Assembly (NCBI GenBank): GCA_036388355.1
Contig: DASVRZ010000017.1
Coordinates: 6,514-70,513 of the forward strand
DNA from: Chthoniobacterales bacterium
GTDB lineage: Bacteria; Verrucomicrobiota; Verrucomicrobiia; Chthoniobacterales; DASVRZ01
Reading direction: 5' to 3'
Length of the DNA stretch: 64,000 nt
In this document: in pieces, positions 55,872-64,000 of the stretch
Layout: every line of letters starts with the position of its first letter
Position numbering within the stretch: position 1 is the first letter of the stretch
Translations under genes and position numbers: made by a program
Notes under the pieces: generated by a model
Told to the model about the DNA's origin: nothing
Seen by the model: the letters and a program-made list of their open reading frames with translations, nothing else
The model's database searches: none

Positions 55872-57367
55872 CCTTCTCACTACTCTCATTCCGCAACCTT
55901 GTTGCCGCCGTCCTTCTGGTTTTTCCAAGTGTCCTCGTGGCGGAAGAGACACCTGTCTCTGTTGGGAAACCGCTCTCCGTCGTGCGTGTTAACGGCACTA
56001 CGCAGGCCTACGATTTACTGCGCCCGTGGGGCAAGAAAGCCGCTGCCTCCCGCCGCGCTTTGGGAGCGGTCCTGCCCGGGAACAAAGTGCTCGTCACGGC
56101 CGAGATGGTTGCGAACCAGAGCTACATCGAGCTAGAGAAAGCCGGTTCCGGTGAAAAGATTGCCGCCAAGTTGCTCGCGGTGGATTACGAAGCGAATCTC
56201 GCTCTTCTTGCTCCTGAAGATCCGCAATTTCTCGAGGCGCTCGACAGCCTCGCCATTGCACCGCAGGTAAAAACGGGCGATCGCCTGGACGTCTGGCAGC
56301 TGGAAAACAGCGGCACTCTGGTCGCGACGAGTGGGCTCGTCACCTCCTGCGAGGTGGGCCGCTACGCCCTGGAGGATTACGGATATCTGCTCTTTAAGAT
56401 CACCGCCGCGCTCCAATACCGGGAAAACAGCTACACCGTTCCCATCGTGCAGGAAGGAAAACTGGCCGGGCTTCTTCTGCGTTTCGATCCGAGATCCCAG
56501 ACGGTGGAATCCATTTCCCTCCCGGTGATCCAACACTTTCTGAAAGCGGCTGAGGTGACACCGTATCGCGGCTTCCCACGAGCCGGCATCCAGTTTGAAC
56601 CCACTCGCGACCCACAGCTCCGGCGTTATCTGAAACTTCCCTCGGAAAACATCGGCATCTATCTGAGCCAGGTGGATCCCAACACAGCCGCCTCCCAAGC
56701 GGGACTCCAGAAAGGGGACGTGATCCTCAGTGTTGACGATCAGACGGTGGACCCCGACGGCAATTATAGCCACCCGGTTTTCGGCAAGATCTCCATTAAC
56801 CATCTCATCAGCACTGAGCATTACGTGGGCGACTCGATCAAGATCACCTACTCCCGCGGCGGGGAAATCAAGGAAACCACGGCTATTGCTGCCGATCGTC
56901 CTCCGCAGAGTTATGTGATCGAGCCCTATGTATTTGATCGAGCTCCGAATTTCCTCCTCTTCGGCGGCTGCCTCTTTCAGGAGCTGAGCCGACAATATCT
57001 CCGCGAATGGGGCAACACCTGGCAAAAAGACGCGCCGATTAAGTTTGTCTATTTCGACCGCTATCAATCGGAACTTTTCCCGCCGGACCGCGGCCGCATT
57101 GTTTTCATCAGCCACATTCTTTCTGCACCGAGCACCGTCGGCTATGATCAGCTGAGCTACCTGGTGGTGGAGAAGATCAACAATGAGGTGATCAAGAGCA
57201 TTGCCGACGTCGCTAAAGCGATCAAAACCCCTCTGGACGGCTTCCATAAGATCGAAGTACGAGACGATCCCGAGGTGCTCTACATCGATGCGCACACGGT
57301 GGAGGCAGATACGGCGGCTCTCGCGAAGCAATACGGGATTCCCCTCACCAGCCGCGTTCAGGAATAG
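55868..57367 (+). CDS. Deg2-like protease paralogue lacking the catalytic triad
   Basis: Collinear with the upstream gene but has VTAEMV (His lost), ANLALL (Asp lost) and RENSYTVP in place of PGNSGGP. ATGA overlap. Confidence 0.85.
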   Translation: MTFSLLSFRNLVAAVLLVFPSVLVAEETPVSVGKPLSVVRVNGTTQAYDLLRPWGKKAAASRRALGAVLPGNKVLVTAEMVANQSYIELEKAGSGEKIAAKLLAVDYEANLALLAPEDPQFLEALDSLAIAPQVKTGDRLDVWQLENSGTLVATSGLVTSCEVGRYALEDYGYLLFKITAALQYRENSYTVPIVQEGKLAGLLLRFDPRSQTVESISLPVIQHFLKAAEVTPYRGFPRAGIQFEPTRDPQLRRYLKLPSENIGIYLSQVDPNTAASQAGLQKGDVILSVDDQTVDPDGNYSHPVFGKISINHLISTEHYVGDSIKITYSRGGEIKETTAIAADRPPQSYVIEPYVFDRAPNFLLFGGCLFQELSRQYLREWGNTWQKDAPIKFVYFDRYQSELFPPDRGRIVFISHILSAPSTVGYDQLSYLVVEKINNEVIKSIADVAKAIKTPLDGFHKIEVRDDPEVLYIDAHTVEADTAALAKQYGIPLTSRVQE

Positions 57368-57447
57368 CATCGGCTCGGCCGGTTCCTTCACAGAAACTTC
57401 ATGAGCTGAAAGTTGCCTGTGCGCGCCGGAGCGCCAAAGCTCTGCGC

Positions 57448-58104
57448 ATGAGAAAAGACATGCGTTTCGCCGTAGCGACCCTGTGCCTCTGGTGTTTGAT
57501 CCTCCTGGGCTTCCGAGTCGGTTTTTGGCAGTCGAAGAGTTTCCTTTTTCTCCCTTACAACCTCTTCCTGGCTGCCATTCCGTTGTTCTTGAGCGAATGG
57601 GCTGCCCGGCGGTCGTTAATGCGGGAAAAAATCTTCTTGGGAGCATGCTGGCTCCTGTTCTTCCCGAATGCACCGTATCTGTTGACGGATCTGGTGCATC
57701 TCTCCCTGAGGCGTGGGGTTCCCCTTTTCTTCTTCGATGGGCTGATGCTGTTTTCGTATGGAGCCGCCGGTTCGATTCTCGGATTCCTCTCCCTAAGGCA
57801 AATGCAAAATGCCTTCTTTGAAAATGGCTGTGCGAAACTGTCGTGGGTCTTTGCCATCACGAGTCTCTTTCTCTGTTCCTTCGGCATCTATCTCGGCCGC
57901 GTGGTGAGGCTGAATAGCTGGGACGTGATCTGCCGACCTTTTCACCTCCTGAACTCGATTGTCTCGCCCATTCTCAATCCCGCCGCACACCTCTCCACAT
58001 GGGCAATGACGTTCGGGATGGGCGTCACCCTCTCCTTCGGCTACTGGCTGTTTACCGCGGCCGGATCTGGAAAAACAACACGCACCGAAACGGTCAAAGC
58101 GTGA
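57448..58104 (+). CDS. DUF1361 family membrane protein
   Basis: FLPYNLFLAAIP, WLLFFPNAPYLLTDLVHL, GIYLGRVVRLNSWD. Confidence 0.88.
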   Translation: MRKDMRFAVATLCLWCLILLGFRVGFWQSKSFLFLPYNLFLAAIPLFLSEWAARRSLMREKIFLGACWLLFFPNAPYLLTDLVHLSLRRGVPLFFFDGLMLFSYGAAGSILGFLSLRQMQNAFFENGCAKLSWVFAITSLFLCSFGIYLGRVVRLNSWDVICRPFHLLNSIVSPILNPAAHLSTWAMTFGMGVTLSFGYWLFTAAGSGKTTRTETVKA

Positions 58105-58158
58105 CGCATCAGCAGGTAAGATGCGGCGAAAAGGTCGCTGAATGGCGAACCTAGAAAG

Positions 58159-58231
<73 letters not shown>

Positions 58232-58433
58232 GTTGAAGGACCATTAGAAAAGGGCAGAGCAGCCTCCTCCGCAAGTTCTTTTTCCAAAATGCTGCCGAAT
58301 TGTGCGCCGGTCGTGCGCTACGCACAACGGCTGTGGAAGATATGTCTTGTCAGAGACCGGAGCACTTTCTTATTCCAACGAAGGGGGGTTCACCACCTCC
58401 ACCGCACAACCCGAAGCCCAACTGCTCCATCTT

Positions 58434-58868
58434 ATGAAGATCGCCACTCACATTGCAGGAGGCCTCCTTGGACTCGCCTTTATTGCCTTTGCGTTGATGT
58501 TCTTTTTGAAGATGATGCCCAACCAGGCGCCGCCTCCAGCAGGCTCGCCGGTGGCTCTCTTCATGGGCGCGTTGGTTCCAACCGGATATCTCGCGTTTGT
58601 GAAGGCTATTGAATTGATCGGCGGCATTCTCGTTGCCATTCCCAAGACTCGGAACTTCGGGCTCCTCTTCCTGGGTCCGGTGATCGTGAACATCCTGGCA
58701 TTCCACGTTTTTCTGACCGACCGCTCCGGTCTTTTCGATCCTGCACTGGTCGTCATCGTGGCACCGACAGCTTTCCTCCTCTGGGCAGAACGAAAGCCTT
58801 CGCCGCTCTTCTCCACTAGCACCTGCTGGTTCAGAGTTTTCACTCTCACGCTAAAAAGCCGGGGTTGA
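58434..58868 (+). CDS. DoxX-like membrane protein (possible C-terminal frameshift)
   Basis: LLGLAFI, FMGAL..TGYL..VK.IELIGG.L, LGPVIVNIL.FH. A natural-looking end (KAFAALLH*) lies in another frame at 58819. Confidence 0.8.
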   Translation: MKIATHIAGGLLGLAFIAFALMFFLKMMPNQAPPPAGSPVALFMGALVPTGYLAFVKAIELIGGILVAIPKTRNFGLLFLGPVIVNILAFHVFLTDRSGLFDPALVVIVAPTAFLLWAERKPSPLFSTSTCWFRVFTLTLKSRG

Positions 58869-58891
58869 GGCGCTCGTCCCCTTCCCCGGCT
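58853..58891 (-). terminator. Terminator downstream of lpdA
   Basis: AGCCGGGG...CCCCGGCT stem, with an A-run on + that gives a U-tract on the minus strand. Confidence 0.55.
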
Positions 58892-58911
58892 ATTAACAGC
58901 TGCGGCTGCAG

Positions 58912-60294
58912 CTAGATGTGAATCGCCATGCCTTCGGCTGCGCCGGTGGCTTCGTGCACCGCTTCGCTCAGTGTCGGGTGCGCGTGGATGGTCGCTTCGA
59001 TGTCTTCCATCGTCGCTTCCATGTTGATGGCAAGACCGAGTTCGGCAATGAGTTCCGTGGCTTCTGCGCCGATGATGTGCGCGCCGAGGATTTCTCCGTG
59101 TTTCTCGCCGAAGATGAGTTTGACGTAGCCTTCGATTTCGCCCACTGCCATGGCCTTTCCGCTCGCTTGGAAGGGGAACTTGCCCACTTTAATTGCGAGC
59201 CCCTTCTCCTTCGCCGCCCGTTCGGTGAGGCCGACGCTCGCCACCTGCGGATGGCAGTAGGTGCATCCTGGGAAGACGCCGATTTTCTTCGGCTGGTGCG
59301 CTAAATCAAACATGCCTTCGACGGCTTCTTTGGCTTCGAAACTGGCAACGTGTGCGAGCCACGGTGGCCCGATGATGTCGCCGGCCGCGTAAATGCCCGG
59401 GATGTTTGTTTCGTAGCGTTCGTTCACGACAATGTAGCCACGGTCGGTTTTCTGGAGATCGATGCCGCCCGGAATCACCGGCACTACGCCAATCGCCACC
59501 AAGCAAACGTCGGCTTCCAAGACTTGGGTGTCCTTGCCTTCAACCGTGATCCTGACGCCGGTGGCTGTCGTTTCCGTCTTGGTAACCTTGGTGTTCGTGA
59601 GGATCTTCATCCCTTGCTTCACGAGGGACTTCTCTAAAGTCACGCTCACCTCCGTATCCTCGATCGGGAGAACATTCGGCATCATCTCAACGATCGTCAC
59701 TTTGGTGCCATAGGCGTTAAAGAAATAGGCAAACTCCACACCAATCGCGCCGCCGCCGATGACTACGATGCTTTTCGGCTGCGTGGGCAGGATCATGGCC
59801 TGACGGCTTCCGACGACGGAGGTGCCATTGAAAGGAAACCCAGCGAGCTCGCGAGTGGCCACGCCAGTCGTCACGAGAATTTTTGGCGCTTCATACGTTT
59901 CGACTTTGCCGTCGCGGGTCTTCACCTCGACTTTGCCCGCGCTCTTGATGTCTGCGTCTCCCAGAACGTAATCGACTTTGTTCTTCTTGAAGAGGAACTC
60001 GATGCCGCCTGCGAGCTTGTTCGCGATGCCCCGGCTCCGCGCGATGACTTTGCTCCAGTCATAGCTCAGTCCCTCGAATTTCATGCCCAGCTCATCGGCT
60101 TTATGAACCATGAGGTGGTAGAGCTCGGCATTTCTTAGAAGCGATTTCGTGGGGATACAGCCCCAGTTCAGGCAAGTGCCGCCGGCGCGATCCTTGTCGA
60201 TGCAGACAACTTTTTTCCCCAACTGCGCCGCGCGAATCGCACCCACATAGCCCGCAGGTCCGCCACCGATCACGATCAAATCATAAGAAGCCAT
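58912..60294 (-). CDS. lpdA: Dihydrolipoyl dehydrogenase
   Basis: GGGPAGY, GGTCLNWGCIPTK, GGGAIGVE, AAGD, LAHVA, HAHPTLSE. Start at ATG 60294. Confidence 0.96.
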   Translation of the reverse strand: MASYDLIVIGGGPAGYVGAIRAAQLGKKVVCIDKDRAGGTCLNWGCIPTKSLLRNAELYHLMVHKADELGMKFEGLSYDWSKVIARSRGIANKLAGGIEFLFKKNKVDYVLGDADIKSAGKVEVKTRDGKVETYEAPKILVTTGVATRELAGFPFNGTSVVGSRQAMILPTQPKSIVVIGGGAIGVEFAYFFNAYGTKVTIVEMMPNVLPIEDTEVSVTLEKSLVKQGMKILTNTKVTKTETTATGVRITVEGKDTQVLEADVCLVAIGVVPVIPGGIDLQKTDRGYIVVNERYETNIPGIYAAGDIIGPPWLAHVASFEAKEAVEGMFDLAHQPKKIGVFPGCTYCHPQVASVGLTERAAKEKGLAIKVGKFPFQASGKAMAVGEIEGYVKLIFGEKHGEILGAHIIGAEATELIAELGLAINMEATMEDIEATIHAHPTLSEAVHEATGAAEGMAIHI

Positions 60295-60416
60295 AAGCGC
60301 CAAAAGTGCTCTCACGGAGAGAGTGCGTCAAGGCGCAGAACATTCTCAGAGACCAAAAGAGTTTTTCCATTGCATGGATTAATGAAAACGGCACACTGCG
60401 ACAGTTCACACCTGAT

Positions 60417-61076
60417 ATGAGTCAACTATCCGCTGGCGAGAAATTTTCCAACTTCTTCAGTTACGTCAGGTTTTTCCTCTTCCTGGCTGCAGTGGGCGGG
60501 GGAGGTTACTACGCTTACCACCACGTAGATTTTAAGAAGTTGTCTTTGTCGGAAATTACTAAGTCTCTAAAAGGCAGTGAGAATGCCGCGCCTCAAGAAG
60601 CTGCGCCCGGAGAGGAGCCTGCCCCCGCGCCCATCGCTGTCAATTCGCAGAAGCCATCCAAGTTGCTCACGCCGGTGATGACCGGTAATCTACCGCTCTT
60701 GTGGAATGACTTCACTACGGAACCAGTGGAGTTGAAACCTGACTTTCTCGCCTTGGAGAAAACCGCGGCACGAGAAGGCGGGGCATCCGGCAAGCTACAG
60801 CCCGCCTGGCAGATCGCTGGCCAGCTCTGTGCCCAGATCCGCTCCGTTTGTGATGAACGCAATGTGGCAGCAGTCTCTTTGGAGAAGCTCCAGCAAGCAG
60901 CGCCCTCCACAACGGCGGCTCAATCTAAAGCCGACCTTCAGGCACAGAAAGCGAAACAAGCGTTTTTCGTGCAATCGGCGGAACAACGCTGGAAGGCCGC
61001 CGTTCCCTCGAGGCAGGCCAAAATAGAGACACTCTACCGACAGCTCCTAGTCGCTGAGGCCCGAGCGGAGAAATAA
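60417..61076 (+). CDS. Membrane-anchored helical hypothetical protein
   Basis: One TM helix (FFLFLAAVGGGGYYAY); shares a segment with the next gene. Start at ATG 60417. Confidence 0.7.
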   Translation: MSQLSAGEKFSNFFSYVRFFLFLAAVGGGGYYAYHHVDFKKLSLSEITKSLKGSENAAPQEAAPGEEPAPAPIAVNSQKPSKLLTPVMTGNLPLLWNDFTTEPVELKPDFLALEKTAAREGGASGKLQPAWQIAGQLCAQIRSVCDERNVAAVSLEKLQQAAPSTTAAQSKADLQAQKAKQAFFVQSAEQRWKAAVPSRQAKIETLYRQLLVAEARAEK

Positions 61077-61101
61077 GCTCCAGATCTCACCACCAATCCC
61101 T

Positions 61102-62076
61102 ATGACGAAGCCTGTAAGGAGAAATGAAATCGGCGCCAGGACGTTTGGCTTTTTCGCGCAATGCCTCAAACTTCTGATCGTGGGAGCTCTTCTCATTGGT
61201 GGAGGGCTTTTCGCCTATAAAAAGTTCTACCCTTACAAAATCGGGAATGAGAAACCCTCATCCGTGATGGGTTCTATCATGAAGGAAAAGTTGCCCGTTC
61301 TGCTAGGTAGCCTGGACGGGCAAAGTTCCCTAATCGCCCTGGACATGGAGCCGATCACAAGAGCTATTAACACAGAAAAAGCTAAGGCTGGTCCTCTTCA
61401 GCCTGCGTGGAATGTTGCTAGCGAACTCAGTAATCAGATCCAGTCCGTCGCTGAGGAACGGGAAATTGCATTAGGGTGCGTTCGAAAAAACAAAGGTGGA
61501 GTGATGAGTCTGTGGCAGTCCGCACTGGAGAAAGTGCAGACGAAAGAAGCGCCTGCGCGGAGGGCTTTCTACATGCAGGATCCCGAGGCGAGCTGGGGGG
61601 AATTTAGTGCTCAACGCCGCGAAGTCCTCAGAAAGAGTTATCTCAAACTTGTTGCAGCGGAGAACTTCGCCTTTCAATCAGGGGGAATCCGGGTAAACGA
61701 AGCTGGGGAGACTCAGGTCGTGCGGGCGACTGAGCTCACGTGTCACCTCTGCAAGGGCGAAGGTAGATACATGTTCCGCCAAGCGGTGGGTGGCTCGATC
61801 ACGGATACCAGTAGCATCTGCCCACTGTGTAGCGGGAAGGGAACAAAAGCCTTACGTTTACCTGCTGCCGCGAAAACATGTGCGGACTGCAAAGGATTCG
61901 GCCGGCGGATATTCGCGAAAATCAGCAAGAAAAAGCTGGACTCGAACAAGCCGGGGAAAGTGTCGGAGCTCCGGAGCGATGATGTGGAAGGCGAGATCTT
62001 CGATGAAGCACCCTCGAGTACCGGGTGCACGCGTTGTCTCTCGCGTGGTTATGTCTTACAACCTCGGATGAAGTAA
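61102..62076 (+). CDS. Membrane-anchored protein with DnaJ-like CxxCxGxG zinc-finger repeats
   Basis: TM helix, then CHLCKGEG, CPLCSGKG, CADCKGFG, CTRCLSRG. Confidence 0.75.
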   Translation: MTKPVRRNEIGARTFGFFAQCLKLLIVGALLIGGGLFAYKKFYPYKIGNEKPSSVMGSIMKEKLPVLLGSLDGQSSLIALDMEPITRAINTEKAKAGPLQPAWNVASELSNQIQSVAEEREIALGCVRKNKGGVMSLWQSALEKVQTKEAPARRAFYMQDPEASWGEFSAQRREVLRKSYLKLVAAENFAFQSGGIRVNEAGETQVVRATELTCHLCKGEGRYMFRQAVGGSITDTSSICPLCSGKGTKALRLPAAAKTCADCKGFGRRIFAKISKKKLDSNKPGKVSELRSDDVEGEIFDEAPSSTGCTRCLSRGYVLQPRMK

Positions 62077-62148
62077 TCTTGCCGGCGGAAATTCGCCGCC
62101 TCAGGCTGCTCGCACGAGCGGAGCAGCCGGCGAAAAGGCGACTCGGCA

Positions 62149-63999
62149 CTACTTCTTAGAGCCGTGGTATTCTTGCAACGGCTTTACGTTCCAAGTCTTG
62201 GATTGCAGCGAGCGGATGCCTGAGACGCTGGCGCGAGCGGCGCTGAGGGTCGTCATAATGGCGATGCGGGCGGCTACTGCGGCGCTCCGGATTTTGACCT
62301 CATCTTGCTTGGGCGATTTGCCGCTCGGGGTGTTGATGACAAACTGGATTTCGCCGTTCTTGATCATGTCGAGAACGTTTGGACGTCCCTCGCTGATCTT
62401 GAACAGCTTTTGCACCGGCATTCCTAGTTTTTGCAAAGCGGCAGCGGTTCCAGATGTGGCGTGCAGAGTGAAGCCTAGGTCGATGAGGTCGCGCGCAATC
62501 TCCAAGGCCGCTTCTTTATCGCTGTCTTTGACGGAGAGGAAAATATTTCCCTTCATTGGGAGCGGCGGCTGTGATGCCATTTGGGATTTCGCGTAGGCGA
62601 TGCCAAAATCTTCGTCGATGCCCATGACTTCGCCGGTCGATTTCATTTCAGGACCGAGAGCGATGTCGATGCCTGGGAAGCGTATAAATGGGAACACGGC
62701 TTCCTTCACGCAGAAGTGTTTCGGAATCACTTCCTCGGTGAACCCAAGCTCCGCGAGCGTTTTGCCGACCATGATTTTCGCGGCCAATTTTGCCAGCGGA
62801 ACACCGATGGATTTGCTAACGAACGGCGAGGTGCGCGAGGCGCGGGGATTCACTTCAAGGACATAAACCGTCTCGCCCTTCACAGCGAACTGCACATTCA
62901 TCAATCCGCGGACATCAAGTTCTCGCGCCATGTCTTTGGTGGCTTTCGAGATGGTTGCGAGAACACTGTCGCTCAGGGAAAAACTCGGAATCACGCAGGC
63001 GCTGTCGCCGCTGTGAATGCCCGCCTGCTCGATGTGCTCCATGATTGCGCCGATGACGACGATTTCTCCGTCTGCGAGGCAATCAACGTCCACTTCGGTC
63101 GCATCTTCCAGAAAGCGATCCACTAACACAGGCCGCTCCGGACTCGCATCCACAGCGGTGCGGATATAGCGGCGAATGTCGTCTTCGTGATAAACGATTT
63201 CCATCGCCCGGCCACCTAACACAAACGACGGGCGCACGACCACCGGATAGCCGACGCGCGCTGCAATGGCGACTGCTTCTTCTTCGTTAGTCGCTGTTCC
63301 ATTGGGCGGCTGGAGCAATCCCAGCCGGTGCAGCATCTCGGAGAAATGTTTGCGGTCCTCAGCCATTTCGATGCTCTTCGGTGAGGTGCCGATAATGTTC
63401 ACGCCATTGGCTTGCAAGGCGTTCGCCAGATTAAGCGGCGTCTGACCGCCGAGCTGCACGATCACACCCCAGACGTTTTCGCGCTCATAAATGTTGAGCA
63501 CATCTTCCAGCGTGAGCGGCTCGAAATACAATTTGTCGCTGGTGTCGTAGTCCGTCGAAACCGTCTCTGGATTCGAGTTCACCATGATCGTCTCGTAGCC
63601 AAGTTCTTTGAGAGCGAACGCGGCATGCACACAGCAGTAATCAAACTCAATCCCTTGCCCGATGCGGTTAGGCCCGCCGCCGAGAATCATCACCTTCTTG
63701 GTGTCAGACGCGCGGGTTTCGTCCTCGTCGCCGTAAGTCGAATAGTAGTAGGGCGTGTAAGCCTCAAACTCTGCGGCACACGTGTCCACGAGCCGATAGG
63801 TCGGCACGACACCGAATTTCTTGCGGCCAGTTCGAATGACGTCTTCGGTCGTGCCAAAGAGGTAGGCGAGTTGCTTGTCGGAGAAGCCGGCTTTTTTCCA
63901 GCGGCGCATGTGGAGCCGCAGGGTGGAGGCGATCCTTTCCTCAGACCGCTCAGCTTCGGGGATTTCGGAAATGAGAACCTGCGCGCATTGCTGAGGGAT
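62149..63999 (-). CDS. carB: Carbamoyl-phosphate synthase large subunit, 3' part (partial)
   Basis: [58 protein letters not shown] domain. The frame stays open to the window edge. Confidence 0.96.
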   Translation of the reverse strand: MPQQCAQVLISEIPEAERSEERIASTLRLHMRRWKKAGFSDKQLAYLFGTTEDVIRTGRKKFGVVPTYRLVDTCAAEFEAYTPYYYSTYGDEDETRASDTKKVMILGGGPNRIGQGIEFDYCCVHAAFALKELGYETIMVNSNPETVSTDYDTSDKLYFEPLTLEDVLNIYERENVWGVIVQLGGQTPLNLANALQANGVNIIGTSPKSIEMAEDRKHFSEMLHRLGLLQPPNGTATNEEEAVAIAARVGYPVVVRPSFVLGGRAMEIVYHEDDIRRYIRTAVDASPERPVLVDRFLEDATEVDVDCLADGEIVVIGAIMEHIEQAGIHSGDSACVIPSFSLSDSVLATISKATKDMARELDVRGLMNVQFAVKGETVYVLEVNPRASRTSPFVSKSIGVPLAKLAAKIMVGKTLAELGFTEEVIPKHFCVKEAVFPFIRFPGIDIALGPEMKSTGEVMGIDEDFGIAYAKSQMASQPPLPMKGNIFLSVKDSDKEAALEIARDLIDLGFTLHATSGTAAALQKLGMPVQKLFKISEGRPNVLDMIKNGEIQFVINTPSGKSPKQDEVKIRSAAVAARIAIMTTLSAARASVSGIRSLQSKTWNVKPLQEYHGSKK

Positions 64000-64000
64000 C

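Noticed and set aside
56132..57673. 513-aa minus-strand ORF and similar long antisense ORFs
   Set aside because: Shadow frames of well-supported genes in GC-rich DNA, with no motifs.

Overview
GC-rich bacterial chromosome segment, very likely Verrucomicrobiota (Chthoniobacter/Spartobacteria-like), judged from a PEP-CTERM gene, a TIGR02597-like gene and a four-gene Verru_Chthon pilin-like cassette. Core content: the end of a type II secretion cluster (secretin), mcsA-mcsB, ruvB, lutABC, parB, glcD/glcF-like genes, class I fumarase, lpdA, the 3' part of carB, and three tRNAs (Arg-ACG, Pro-GGG, Phe-GAA). The most notable items are: (1) a seven-gene extended Verru_Chthon operon that includes a 5'-nucleotidase homologue with most metal ligands lost; (2) an accessory block after tRNA-Arg holding a bacterial GT71/MNN2-like glycosyltransferase, a short UDP-sugar dehydrogenase and a decayed solo integron cassette (attI-like site, ORF, attC) with no integrase; (3) a DeoR-regulated sugar catabolic operon of unknown substrate, divergent from glcDF; (4) a xylose isomerase homologue with an Asp-to-His metal-ligand change; (5) further apparent pseudoenzymes (M28 family, Deg protease); and (6) small ORFs and frameshifts missed by the ORF track. 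Family assignments come from motif recognition by eye, not from database searches.
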